Source: Camelus ferus (taxonomy: Eukaryota). Taken from it: DNA of 64,000 bases. Where the stretch lies: assembly GCF_009834535.1 (NCBI RefSeq), contig NC_045696.1, positions 119,290,001 through 119,354,000 of the forward strand, written 5' to 3'. The notes beneath the pieces were generated by a model. The model ran no database searches and was not told where the DNA came from. It saw nothing but the letters and a program-made list of their open reading frames with translations. The position numbers and the translations under genes are program-made. Numbering within the stretch: the stretch's first letter is position 1; each line of letters opens with the position of its first letter. Shown here piece by piece: positions 27,242-41,100 of this stretch.

Positions 27242-27896
27242 AAAAGAAACTATAGATCATTATCCCCTGTGAATATAGATGCAAAAAATCCCAGGAATAC
27301 AAGATTCATTTAACATATGAAAATCAATCAATCGAATAAACTGTTTAACAGAATAAAGGATGAAACCCATGTGATCATCTCAATAGGTACAGAAAAGGCA
27401 TTTGACAAAATTCTACATCCTTGCATAATAAAAACACTCAACAAACCAGGAATAAATGGTAACTTCCTCAACTTGATAAAGGCAACTACACAGTATCTAC
27501 AGCTAACATCATATTTAATGGTGAAAGGCTGAAAATATCCCCCTTAGCTCCGAGTAGAAATGCTGAGTAGAAATGTACTAGGGGTTCTAGCCAAAGCAAT
27601 TAAGCAACAAAATGAAATGAAAGACATCCAGATTAGAAAGAAATTGCAGATGACATAACATCTTAAAAAATCCTAAGGAATTTGCTATTAATATATTACC
27701 ATTAGTAAGTTTAAAGTTGCAGGATATAATAACAAAAAACTGTATTTCTACACAGTAGCAATGAACAATCTGTGAAATTAAGAAAAGGAATTCTATTTAT
27801 AATAGCACAGAAATAATAAATGGGAATAAATTTTTAAAAAGCAGTATAATTTGTACACTGAAAACATTATTCAGAAGAAGAATTAAAGAAGAGCTA

Positions 27897-30800
27897 GGTG
27901 ATGGCCAAGATGGCAGAGCAGAAGGAGCCGGAGCTCACCTGCTCTCATGAACACAAAATCACAACTTCAGAATGACCACTGATAAAGACTGGAACCTATG
28001 AGAAAAGATCTTCCAAAATTAAAGACATAAAGCAAACACAACAAGACAGGCAGGAGGGGTGGGCTTGCAATATAATCAAATCCCACCCCCTAGGTGGGCG
28101 GCCCACAAACTAGAGAATACACTGCAGAGATTACCCCACAGGATGAGAGTTCTGAGCCCCACGTCAGGCTCCCCACCTGGGTGTCCAGCACCTGTTAAGA
28201 GGAGCCCTGCCGAGTGTTTGCCTTTGAAGGCCAGCGGGGCTTAAGTGCAGGTGTTCTACAGGACTAGGGGAAACAGAGACGTCACTCTTAAAGGATGCAC
28301 ACAAAATCTCACACTCACGGGGACCAAGGGACAAGAGCAGTGACTTCATAGGAGCCTAGGTCAGATCCACCTGCTGGTCTTGGAGGGTCTCCTGGGGAGG
28401 CCGGGGTGGCTGCAGCTCACCCTGAGGACACAGACACGGTGGTACACACATGTATTGGGGAGTATTCATCTGCAGGAACTCTCCTTCCTGGAGGCTGACT
28501 TCTTGCTTGGGTCATTGGCACCAACAGCCTGGAGTCTCCAGTGCTGGGCCAAACAACTAACTGGATGTGGACACAGCCCCACCCATCAGCAGACAGGCTG
28601 CCTAAAAACTTCTTGAGCCCACAGCTGCCTTTAGACACGCCCCTAGACAGAGGGGCAGGACCCAGCTCCACCCACTAGTGGACAGGCACCAGCCCCTCCC
28701 ACCAGGAAGCCTGCACCAGCCGCTAGTCCAGCCTCACCTACCAGGCGGCAGACACCAAAGCAAGAAAACTGCACTCCTGTAGCCTGCGGAAGAGTCCACA
28801 AATGCAGGACAGACACAACCCTGGGACCAGCTGGCCCCTGGGCGACGGGAGGGAAGTGTACCTTCTCCAAGGTCGAGAAACTTAACTAGCCTACAAATCT
28901 AGACAGAATGAGGCAGCAGAGGAATATGTTCCAGACAAAGGCCCAAGATAAAATTCCAGAAGAGGAACTAAATGATGTGGAAATGGGCAATCTACCTGAG
29001 ACAGAGTGAGAAGCTAGCAGTCTTCAACACAGACTCAGAAGATATAAAGAACCACCAACCAGAGTCGAATACAGTAACTAAATGAAGAAAACACTAGAAG
29101 AAATTAACAGCAGAATAAATTGAGGCAGAACATACCTCAACATAATAAAGGCCATATGTGACAAACCCACAGCTAACATCATACTCAGTGGTGAAAAGCT
29201 GAAAGCATTTCCTGTAAGACCAGGAAGAAGACAAGGCTGCCCATTCTCACCACATATTCAACACAGTCTGGGAAGACCCAGCCACAGCGGTCAGAAGAAA
29301 AACAAAAGGAATCCAAATTGCAAAGGAAGGAGTAAAACTGTCGCCATATGCAGATACCATGACACTATACATAGAAAACCCTAAAGACACTACCAGAAAA
29401 CTACTAGAGCTCATCGATGAATTTGGTAAAGATGCAGGATACAAAATTAGTAATATACAGAAATCAGCTGCATTTCTGTACACTAACAATGAAACAGCAG
29501 GAAAAGAAATTCAGGAAACAATCCCATTTACCACTGCATCAGAAAGAATAAAATACCTAGGAATAAACCTACATAGGGAGGGAAAAGATGTGCCTCCGTA
29601 AACTACAAGACACTGATGAGAGAAACTGAAGACATTAACAGATGAAAAGATATATCATATTCTTAGATTGGAAGAATCAATATTGTTAAAATGGCCATAC
29701 TACCCAAGGCAATATACAGAGTCAATACAACCCCTATCAAATTACCAGTGGCATTTTTCACAAAACTGGAAAAAAAAATTTTTTAAATTTGTATGGAAAC
29801 AAAAGACCCTGAATAGCCAAATCAGTCTTGAGAAAGAATGCAGCTGGAGAAATCACACTCCCTGACTTCAGACTATACTACAAAGCTACAGTAACCAAAA
29901 CAATATGGTACAGGCACAAAAACAGACACACAGATCAATGGAACAGGATAGAAAGCCCAGAAATAAATCCATGCACTTAGGGCCAATTAATCTATGACAA
30001 AGGAAGTAAGACTATACAATGGCAAAAAGACAGTCTCTTCAGTAAGTGGTGCTGGGAAAACTGGGCAGTTACTTGTAAAAGAATGAAATTAGAACAATCT
30101 GTAACACCATATACAAAAATAAACTCAAAATGGATTAAAGACCTAAATACAAGCCTGGATACTCTAAAACTCCTAGAGGAAAACATAGGCAGAACACCCT
30201 TTGACCTAAATCCCAGCAATATTTTTCTTGGCTCCATCTCCTACAGTAATGGAGATAAAAGCAAAAATAAGCAAGCGGGCCCTAATTACATTTAAAAGCT
30301 TTTGTGCAGCAAAGGAAAGCATAAACAAAATGAAAAGGTAACCTACGGAATAGGAGAAAATATTTGCAAACAGTAAGACCGACAAGGGACTGATTTCCAA
30401 AACACACAAACAGCTCATACACCTTAATATCAAAGAAACAAACAACCCAATCAAAACATGGACAGAAGACCTAAATAGACATTTCTCTGAAGAAGATATA
30501 CAGATGACTAACAGGCACATGAAAAGATAATCTATATCACTAATTATATGAGAAATGCAGATCAAAACTACAATGAGGTATCACCTCACACCAGACAGAA
30601 TGGCCATCATTAAAAAGTCTACAAACAAATACTGAAGAGGGTGTGGAGAAAAATGAACCCTCCTACACTTGGTGGGAATGTAAACTGGTGCAGCCACTAT
30701 GAAGAACAGTATGAAGTTTCCATAAAAAAACTAAAAACAGACTTCCTGTATGATCAGCAATCCCACTCCTGGGTACATACGCAGAGAAAACTCTAATTTG

Positions 30801-31350
30801 AAAAGACACCTGCACCCCAATGTTCACAGCAGCAATATTTACAATAGCCAAGACATGGAAGCAACCTAAATGTCCACCAGCAGATGACTGGCTAAAGAAG
30901 TTGTGGTATATTTATACAATGGGATACGACTCAGCCATAAAAGGAATGAAATAGTGCTGCTTGCAGCAACATGGTTGGACTTAGAGACTGTCGTGCTAAA
31001 TGAAGCCAAACAGAGAAAGAATACAGTATGATATCACTTATATGTGGAATCTAAAAAAGGACACAAATGAACTTTGTTACAAAACAGAGAGAAACTCACA
31101 TAGAAAAGAAACTTATGGTTACCAGGAGGGAATGGGGGGAGGGATAAATTGGGAGTTTGGGATTTGCAGATACAAACGATATAAAATAGATAAACAACAG
31201 GGACCTACTCTACAGCACAGGGAACTATTTTCAATATCTTGTAATTACCTACAATGGAAAAGAACCTGAAAAAGAATATGTGTATCACTCTGCTGTACAC
31301 CTGAAACTAATACAACATTGTAAATCAACAATACTTCAATAAAAAAATAA
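27897..31350 (+). mobile_element. L1 with both termini but a large internal deletion fusing ORF1 to mid-ORF2
   Basis: Starts with the L1 5' motif ggccaagatggc; ORF1 start MRQQRNMFQ near 28908; jumps at 29130/29131 into the RT region; 3' end caataaaaaaa; 16-bp TSD with 2 mismatches at 27881-27896 and 31351-31366. Confidence 0.88.
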
Positions 31351-34300
31351 AATCAAAGAAGATCTAAAGAAACAGAAGCTTCCAATGTTCACAGACTGGA
31401 AGACTTAGTATTATTAAAATGGCAGTAGTTCCCAAATTGGTCTACAGATTCAATGCCATACCTATCAAACCCCAGCTGGTTTCTTTCCAGAAATTGACAA
31501 GTTGATCATAAAACTGATATGAAATCAAGGCACCCAGAATCATCAAAGCAAACTTAATAAAGAAGAATAAATTTGGAGGATTCACACCTTCTGATTTCAA
31601 ACTTACCATAAATCTACAGTAATGAAGGGAGTGTGGTACTGGTATAAGGACAGGGGTATATATCAATGACAAAGAATTCAGAACCCAGAAATAAACTCTT
31701 AAATTTATGGCCACTGGTTTTCAACAGGATACCAACACAATTCAATGGCAAAAGAACAGTCTTCTCAACAAGGGGTACTAGGACAACTGAATATCCACAC
31801 AAAAAGAATAAAGCTGGATCCCAACCTCACACCACATACAAAAATTAACTCAAAATAGGCCACAGACTTAAATGTAAAAGCTAAAACTTATAAACTCTTA
31901 GAAGACTTACATAGAGGTAACTCTTCATGGCAAGTTACTTAGAAATGACACCAAAACACAAAGATTAAAGGAAAAATGGAAAAACTAGACTGCATAAAAT
32001 TAAAACTGTGCTACAAATGATACCATCCAGAAAGTTACAGGACAACCCACAGAATGGGAAAAAGTATATTCATGTATCTGATAAGGGACTTGTACACAGG
32101 CTGTTTAAAGAACTCTTTCAAGTCAGTAATAAAAAGACAACTCAAATAAAAAATGGGCAAAGGATTTGTATAAACATCATCCAAAAAAGATACATAAGTA
32201 CATAAGAGATGCCCAACATCATTAGTTACGAGGGAAATGCAAATCAGAATCACAAGGAGCTATCACTTGACACTCACTAGGATGGATCAAAAAGACAATA
32301 ATCAAAAAGACAATAAACAGTGTGAGGATCTGGAGAAATGAGAACCCTTACAGATTGCTGGTGGGAATGTAAAATGGCATGGCCACTTTAGAAAACAATT
32401 TTCCAGTGCCTGAAAATGTTAAACACACTTACCATATGACCAACGATTCCAGTCCTAGGTGTATACTGAAGAGTAAAGAAAATATATGTCCACTCACAGA
32501 CATGCACATGAATGTTCTAACAGCATTACTGGTAACAGCCTGAAGGTTTCAAAACAACCTAAAGGTTCATCAACTGGTGAATGCATAAACAAAACGTGGT
32601 ACAAGGTGGAACGAAGTACTGATACACACCACACATAGATGAACAGTGAAATTATGTTAGGTGAAAGAAGTCAGTCATAAAAAAAGACCACATGTTGTAT
32701 AATTCCATCAGTATGAAATGTCCACAACAGGCAAATCCATCAGGACAGACAGCAGAACGGTGGTTGCCTAAGCGGGTGAGGACGGAGACCAAATGATAAT
32801 TGGTACAAGGTTCATACATTTCTGGGGCGATAATGATGTTGTTCCAAAATTTGATTGGGATGATCACCCCACAGTTCTGTGAATATACTAAAAGTCACTG
32901 AATTGTGCATTTTAAATGTGAATTTTGTGATATGTAAAGTTATCTCAATAAAAGTTTTTTAAAAAGTGTTAAAAAAAAAAAAGTCAACAAAAACTCACTG
33001 ACATTTGACAAACTAACACGCTGGTGTGGCCTCCTAAATTTCTAAAGTCTTACGTCTCCTTCTCTTGTAACCACTCTCCTGTGGTCCAGAACTCTTGTGA
33101 GTTTCAAGCCTTCAATAATTCTATGCCACATAAGTTGTTGTTTTTTTTGGTGGGGAATTCTAGGAAATGTAACAAATCTAGTCACAAACCAAAGAAATCC
33201 CACCACAAAAAATTCTCATCTCCACGTCTAGGAAACTCAAACATCCGATCTAGCTGTTTCTCAGCCGTCAAAGAACAAAAAGCATCATCCTCCCAGGTAG
33301 CCTTCCCTCCAGCAAGCGTACTCGAAAAGCACTTGACGTTCTCTACTGACTTGATCTACAGCCTTCAGACATCTGGTCATTTTTTATAGTCTTAAAAAAC
33401 CCAGTTCTGGACTGGAAGTCCTCCAGGAAAGGGCCCACGGCTACTTCCACCTCTGTTCCCTCGATTCTTTCCCATGAATATCTTAATTTCCCTTTCATTT
33501 CAGACCAGATACAATTTAAAAGACTACATTTAACATGTACTAGCACAGCTGCTCCGTGCTTTCAGAGAAGAGGTACATGGCATCCCCACAGCTTCTGTGT
33601 TAAAAGTAAAGAAACCCACGAGCTACTTCTGCTGCTTTATGTCTTGAACTACAGCACCCTCTGCTGCTTGATGCTGACAAAGGCCTTTCTGTCAGGTGAG
33701 TGAAAGGGAATCCCTCTTCCCGAGCAACTTTGGAAACCTACTTTTAAGAAAAAGGACTCCTTCGTTAAATGCTACAGAAAAATTTCACCTGAATGGACTT
33801 AATATGCGTAACACATATTTAATAAGATACCTTTCCAAGGAAGAATTAAGTTTCAAACAGACACACACACACACTTCTTTAAAAATGGCCTTTGCAGGAT
33901 CAGCACTTTTGGAGCCAAGAACTGAGGCCCCTACTACCCGCCCAGGTGAGGGAGTGTATGAAGAACAGAGAGGGGGCCTGATTCTGCAGCGAGGCCCGCA
34001 CACACACAGGTCCACATCCAGCGTGACACACCAGGCAGCCGGGTCCTGCGCGGAAGGCAGCCCCAGGGCCCAGCACGGAGCAGCACACAAACCACGGCTG
34101 AGGGACAACGTTCATCAGGAAATCCCAAGACTTGTTAGCTGTCAGCAACCATACTTGGTGAACACGCCAGGCAACATCTGCCCACCACGTACAGGCACCG
34201 GGGCTGGTGTTGGAAGGTAAAGCTGCAGGTATGTGTTGGTTCCCGTTCCCTCCTAATGGGAGGAAAATTAACAAACATGACTAAAGGGGCTATGAAAAAA

Positions 34301-37300
34301 TCTGCTTAGGAGAGAGAATGCTCATCACTGGGGAGCTGTCTGGAGGTACCTGTACTTCGTACAGACTTCTTCTTGGCTCCAACATACGTGATCTTGATTT
34401 TATCAGGAAAATACTAATAAAGCCACTGCTTTATAAAAAAAAAAAAAAAAGAAAGAAAAGCTGCTTGGGGGGTGGGATGCAGGGAGGGAGGAGAGGAAGA
34501 ACTAGTCCATTATCTTGGGGGGGAGGAATTAAGACAGACTTCACAGAGGGGTCTAAAAAGACACAGCACTCATCAGACAAGCAACAGAGGACACAGCCTG
34601 AACAAGGATGCAGTCAAGGAGCCCAGCACCCCCTACGTGTGGGTGTGTGAGTCAGGCTACAGAACATGGCATGTTCACTGTATACTGTCTACACTGCTAG
34701 AGGGGAGGGGAAGGGTCTTATATCTCCCATCTTGCTCCTCTAATCGAATCACCTTTCTCCCTCCTCTAGTCGAGCTCAGTCACTTTCCAGCATAAAATCT
34801 TGTGTTGCCTTGTACAGAGTCAGAGACACACTGTCTCTCTTCAAAAAGGCTTTTTTTTGGCCTTGCTCCCCGGGGCGGTGGGTGCCCTGTGCGCAGCCCA
34901 AGGCTGGCGTTGAGTACTGACCGCACAAGAGGCGTCATCGCAGTGGAGACGTGCCTGCGCCCACTCCTAGCAGGCCTGCTGCTCTTCCAGCAGCAGCTTC
35001 ACTTCAGGGAATGGCCCAGGAACTAAGAATGACATCTGCCCCGTGGGCCTCACCAGCACAGATGATCTAACTGACCGACTGAAACACTGGCTATCACAAA
35101 AACCAAAACAAACCAATAAAGCAAACATGAGGCTTTGTGCTAAATGCCTGACAAATCCCAAGACACAGAAACACCACGATTCCCTCTTTAAGGACAGGGG
35201 ACCTGCGGCCCAGGGAAAGAAGGAAGCTGCCCACGTCAGAGCCAGTGGGTGGGAAGGCGAGCACATGGGCGGGCAGGCTCCAGAGCACGGGGCGTGTGAT
35301 GCTGTGATACAGCTCCCCCGGGGACGGACCTGCCCCAAGAGTGCTGAACCCAGGACTCTGTGGCCCAGTGCTGTGTGAGGACTCCTGGTGGCATGCTCCA
35401 GGCCCTGGAGGGAGCCCCGGGATTCCTACCTTTGGGGAGGAGAAATCCTGCACAGGTCAAGAGCGGGACTCACAAGGAGCCGGGCGCTAGGCGGTGCCTG
35501 TGGGTTAGAGGAGCCCAGGTTTCACTCTATTATTGTGAGAAGTGGTTCCGAGGGAGTTCTCTCTTTGGGCCTTTCTCTCTGGACTGGACTGCTTGAGTCC
35601 TCAGAACTGCCTTCCCAGCACAGGGACCAGTTCCCTCTGGAGGGCCCAGTAAGAACACAACACAGTGGGAAGAGCCCTGGGGGCTGACCTCTGGTCCACG
35701 GTGAAGGTGTCCACTGGGGGTCGGGCCAGAGCTCCGGAGGTTCCCTCACTCACTGAGGGGCAGGTCCGTAGCCCCAACATCCAGCAGCACCCCACCCTGA
35801 CACCGAGCACATGACTGCACGGCACCCACGTCCACGCTCCCTCTCCCCAGCCCCTCCCCCAGATGCCACCTGGAGGTCACTGCTGAACTGACGATCTAGG
35901 AGCCCAGTGCATGGGCCATCCCAGCAACGGCGCGGAAGGAGCCAAGCCGCCAACCTCAGGGCCATTGTGTAACCGTGAAGTCACACATCCGGAAGAACCC
36001 ATAGCTTCCAGAGCTGTAAGTCAGGGGAAGGGAAGGAACCTTCTAAAGGCGAGGGTCCGGGTGCCAGGAGTGAGTGCTGACAACACCCGGCAGGGAAAGG
36101 GCCAGCGCTGACCACCCCCGACGTCCGCCCTCCATCGGGCGTGCACTGAAACCAGTCCCTGGGTCAGTGACGTTCCCAAACCCATCCACTGACGCCATGT
36201 GCGTAACACCCACCCTGAGTGATGTTATCTTAAGGACCACCATGGGACCCTAGTTCTTTGTCTATCACTAGGGTGTGATGACATGTTTCTTATCAGATTA
36301 ACTATGGTTTGCAAGTGCTAACACACTCGCACGCACAGCATGGAGCGGCAGGATAAACACACCCCAGGCTGTTTCTAACTAGGAGGCCGGGTCAGAGTCT
36401 TGGCACAATTCCGAGCGGAAGGCCCGGGGACAGTGCCACGCACAGGACACAGACACTTCCACACGGGGGAAATATGGAAAGACAGCATTCCAATTAAAGT
36501 TTGCACCTTTCAATGTAATAACTAGTTCTGAAGGGTAAAGATGTTGCCCACCCCCCCGCAACAGCCCAAACGCACTTAATATGTATCACGGAACGTGCAA
36601 AGATTGCAGTAAATTGCTTCACAGACGCAAATTATTGCAATCAGCATCTTGTTTCTAGCTGTACATTCAAAGGCAAACCATCAACACAAGACTGCTACGT
36701 CTTGCTATTATCACTCGTGCTATTATCACACATCCTCCCTGAACAAAACCACATTTCCAGATGGACTGCCAAAATTAGCCAACTGACTCCTAAGAAATGC
36801 TACCAAGACTGACATGCCAGAAACTCACTTAGACGTGAGTGCTTGATTTAAATAAAGGAAACAGACACCCAAACACACCTTTCCTAAGGAAACACAAGTT
36901 GCTTTATTTACAACCCAACTTGAATTGCAGCTCAGTGAGGCCGTTCGCAGGAATGTGGGGGCTGCTGGGCCGCTAGCCTGTCTGCAAACTGACCAGTCCT
37001 CAGAGGCATGATGTGGGCTGGGCCTGACGGGGGTTCCTGATAATAAATCCAGCAAAATGTCTGAACTCAACCCACACAAGGCATGAGTGAAGCAGGAATT
37101 CAGTCCAAGGGTGGGCAGCTCTGTGGTATAACTGATTAGAACCACCACTTTCAGACAACCAGTTCACTCTGTATTCGACAAAAGGACGACTAATTTTTAA
37201 AAATGTAACAATCTCCAGTGCCAAATGAAAACTGGCCCAGGCCATCTGCCTCCACAAAGACTGAGTCACACTGGCCCTGGCCGTCTACCGCTGCAGCGCT

Positions 37301-37399
37301 GACCTTCAGGAATCAGGAATGAGCCGCTCTGGGCTCTGGGAAACTGGCCGAACAGGCCGTCAGAGAGTTAGATATTCTCAGGAGATGACTTTACGAGCC

Positions 37400-37660
37400 C
37401 AAATTCTTTCATCTCCTCTTATTTTGAAAAGCACTAATATTATTAACAGTGACATCTGCTCCTTGTGCCTAACAGCAAGCCTCTGCCAAAATGTGTGCCT
37501 GACTGCACGTACCACCCCCACTCACTGAAATCATACGCAATACTGACCTCCCCGCACCCCTGCCTCTTCAGAGCAGCTCCTAGGAGCTGTCTGAGATGCT
37601 GTCTCCTGGTCCATAGTCCTCTTTCTGGTCCAAATGTAACAACTCATGACCCTCATGTGG
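37400..37660 (+). mobile_element. Old LTR fragment
   Basis: cctcttcagagcagctcctaggagctgtctgagatgctgtctcc resembles the reverse complement of 45375-45420 in the solo LTR. Confidence 0.4.
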
Positions 37661-38031
37661 CTGCCACCAGCCACACGTAACGGAAGCAGGTAGGTGACTG
37701 CGGTGCATTCTATTAGCAACCATCCCCCAGACCGTGATTACCAGAGCTCGTGGGTCCTCCAACCAGAACTTACTGCTGTTTCCAGCCGGAAAACCCCAGG
37801 CAGCAGTTTTCATCTGGAACAGAGGGTGACGGGCTTAAACTCAAAATGAGCTCTGAGGCTGGAAAGGAGCCCAATGCTCCATGCCGAAACAGGCTCAGCC
37901 TGGATGGACGCAGCCTAGAACTCCTAGCATCCCTACTCCTCAGGAGAAGCAGGGGCCACCGAAGTTCTCTCCAGAAGGAAAGACGGCACCGTGCACAGAC
38001 ACCACCCCTGGGCCACAGAGAGGCCACTTAC

Positions 38032-38138
38032 CACTGGCCAGCTTTGAAGGAGAAGCCTTTATCCGCCACAAGAAGGCGGAGCCTCTTCACCGACGGGGAC
38101 TCATCTGCAGTGTCACACACCTTCGCGGCCGACACCAC
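38032..38138 (-). CDS. OXNAD1: OXNAD1 coding exon 3 ([36 protein letters not shown])
   Basis: CTGCAG|GTG acceptor, TG|GTAAGT donor; 107 nt; FAD-binding domain FxFKAGQW motif. Confidence 0.95.
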
Positions 38139-41100
38139 CTGCAGCCAAAAGACAGCAGCTGATGTGAGGCGTACACAGCTCGGGAACAACCTGGGGCTTT
38201 CTGGAAGCTAAGTTTGTTGGTTTTTTTAATCTACAAAGATGTGATTTTTGAAAACTGCAAAACAAGGTATAGCCCACTTTGCTTTGGAATGCTGCCTCCC
38301 ACCAGGTGAACAAACTGTAGTTATTTTTGGAACGCTTGCTGTCATCCTAATTGAATTTTCTTCTGCCTACAACACTCATCTCTGAAAAGGACCGTTTAAC
38401 AAGCGCTTACACGTTGAGAGTCCAGCAGGGGCCATGCGTCGGCTGGGCGCCCTGGGAAGAGCCCGGGGACCCCGCGCCCTGGGACGCCCTGCCTGGAGTC
38501 TGACTGCTCCATCAGTGCGACGCACGCAGCCTGAGACCCACCGTCAGCCCTGAGCCTGTGTTTGTTCCGGGTCTGCAAGAAGTCCGTGACCAGCTGACTT
38601 CAGAAATTAAACGTGAGCACTTAGAAACCCTTTTTATTTTTTAAAAAGCAATTTCACAAAGTAAATTGTGTGTCTTTTGAATCTAATAATAGAAAACAAA
38701 GTGGGTTTGTACTCAATTGTGTCTGTTTTCATAATTTAGTTTTTCTAATTCATTTTTTATTATACTTTACAAGATATAAACAGTCACAACCTTCAAACAA
38801 TAACAAATGCAGCCCTGTGCGACACTTATTAGAGAAGCACAACTTTCAGCGACGTAGCTTACTTGGTTTCTAGAAAAGCCTAAAAAGGTCTGAGTCAGGC
38901 ACTCTTCAGCTCAGTGCCACCCAGGCCTCAGCACCCCTCAAACTCAAAATGCCTCTGCCTCCTACAGTCTTTGTTTCTTCTGCCTTTGAGTTTCTCTCCC
39001 TCCCAAACCTGGGACTTCTTCACAACAGGGGAAAAAAGACAATCTGGCTCTTTCCTCGCCCCCCACTGCTGGTCAGCACCACTTCCGGCGGCAAATCGAA
39101 GCAGCAGCAGGTGACCCGACAGCCCTTCTCCCCGGTGCCGTTACCCTCGGGCCCCACGGGGGTGCCGTGCAAATCGGCCCAGGTCAGGGGACCTCCCACC
39201 CTCATGCGAGCTCACTTGGCCCCCTTTCTCCAACAGGACTCAGTCTGGTCAAGCTACCAGTGGAGACAATTCTTAAAAATCCACGGGTCTCCCTCACCAC
39301 CAAAACCCCTCCTGAAACCTTCTACCTTTCTCGTGCTCCTGTAAGGTCCCTTATGTCTCTTTCTCTGTATTTCTGCCAGTCCTCTCTCTCCTCTGAGCTC
39401 AAGTGGGCGACTCTGCCTCTGATCCCAGGCCCACCCGCCCCGCCTGCCGCAGCAGCTCCATCAGTCCCACCAGGCCTGCCCTCCCCGTCCAGTCTTCCTC
39501 TCCAGACCTCCTGATTCATCAGATGTGATACCTAACACCACCTGCTCATCCTGAACAATTCAGGTGCAAAAAGGAAGTGGCACAGCGTGGCTGTGAACAG
39601 CACGGGCCCCACGGCTGGACCGCCCGGCACTGACTCCTGGCTCCACCATGGCTCACCTCTGGGGCCCCAGCCTCCGCAGCTGGGAGACAGGAGAGACCAC
39701 CACCTAGACCCGAGCTGGCGGGAGGTTAGATGAGATATTAGATGCAAAGCATGTATGATGCTGCTGGTAATGTATCTTATCGCATTAATTAAATTGATGG
39801 GTCAGTACTTATTATTACATTATACTCTATACTTTTATTCATTTATTATGCATATGCTGCTATGCAAGGCCTCAGCGGGCTGAGCCCTGCACACCGCGGG
39901 GCACTGATCTCAGATGCCAACAGGGGCTATAAACGGTCTTTGTAACTCAGCCCATCCATTCTTGTGCTAGAACAAACTTAAGAGGTATTTTAGAAATTCT
40001 GCCTTTAACCCTTGGCTCTACTGATAGGTCTTTGTCCAGCAGAATCTTCCCTTTCTCCTTGCTGCTCTCTGTGCCCATGGCGAAACTGGCTCCTGCTCTC
40101 CTGTGACCTCCTCCAAGGCTGGTGGGCATCTTCCCCAACAAGCAAACTCTATGTCCAGTCTCAGTCCTCACAATCCCTGATCGCCCTGAATCTGATGCTT
40201 CTCGCTTCCTTTCCATCCTGAAGCATCCCCTTGCCTGGACAGCTGACCCTGTCCCGGTCCCCTCCTGCCTCTCTGACCTGGTCCTCCTCCTCCTTTTCCA
40301 CTCCCCTTCCCACCTCCTCAACGAGAGCTTCCTTTCCACTGCCTCAGGTCTGCTGCCTCTCCCACCTCCAGGCGTGGCCCTCCAGCATCCCCAAAGCTGC
40401 TAACCCTCCACCCCAACTTGTTACTTTTCTGCCCATCATGGGCCACAGCCACACTCCCCTGTGACAACAGCCAAGGAATCAGGAGCTTTGATCTCAGTTA
40501 TGGGCAATAATTCATTCAGCCAAAATGAATAACCACATTCTATCCCAAGAGACAGTGTTACCATCCTCCATTCTGCAGATGAGGGAACTGAAGGATTCAG
40601 TAACTTGCTCAAGGTCACTCAGGAATGGCCGAGTCAGGATCCACACCCACGTCTGCTTGGCCCTTAATCACCCACGAGTCCTGTCCCAGGGTAAACTCAT
40701 GTATGTGAATAACTAAACCCAGCACGTCCATCCCTGCCGCGAACACCTCCTGAGCCTGGAGCCTGGCACTGGAGGCGCAGAGGTGGAGAAGGCCACTCCC
40801 GCCATCACAGGCCCCCAGATCGGCTCTTTCCACGACCAGAGTTTCAAATCTGGACCCACCCTGGCGTCAGTAAGTCAAATCCACGTTCACCTGGTGCACG
40901 CACACACAGTCTTTGGCTCTTCCCGGCATTCTGTCCCCAACACGGGCAACTTCTATGAATTCAGCTCACGCCTTTCCTCCCCATGCCCACCCATCACCAT
41001 CCTAAGCCAGGAATTTGGTTCTTTCCGCTTGAATTTCTGCCTCCTTCCTATCTCTCTCTCAAAACAGCCAACAGGTGAATATTCCTAACGTCCCGACCTT

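Larger units (their letters stand above)
25725..32960 (+). mobile_element. Old host L1 (ORF2 to 3' UTR) split by two younger L1 insertions; host pieces about 25725-26191, 27242-27896 and 31351-32960
   Basis: ORF2 remnants in 25872..26117, 27317..27532, 31666..31848 and 32008..32205 are colinear once the inserts are removed; 3' end tatctcaataaaag at about 32950. Confidence 0.85.
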
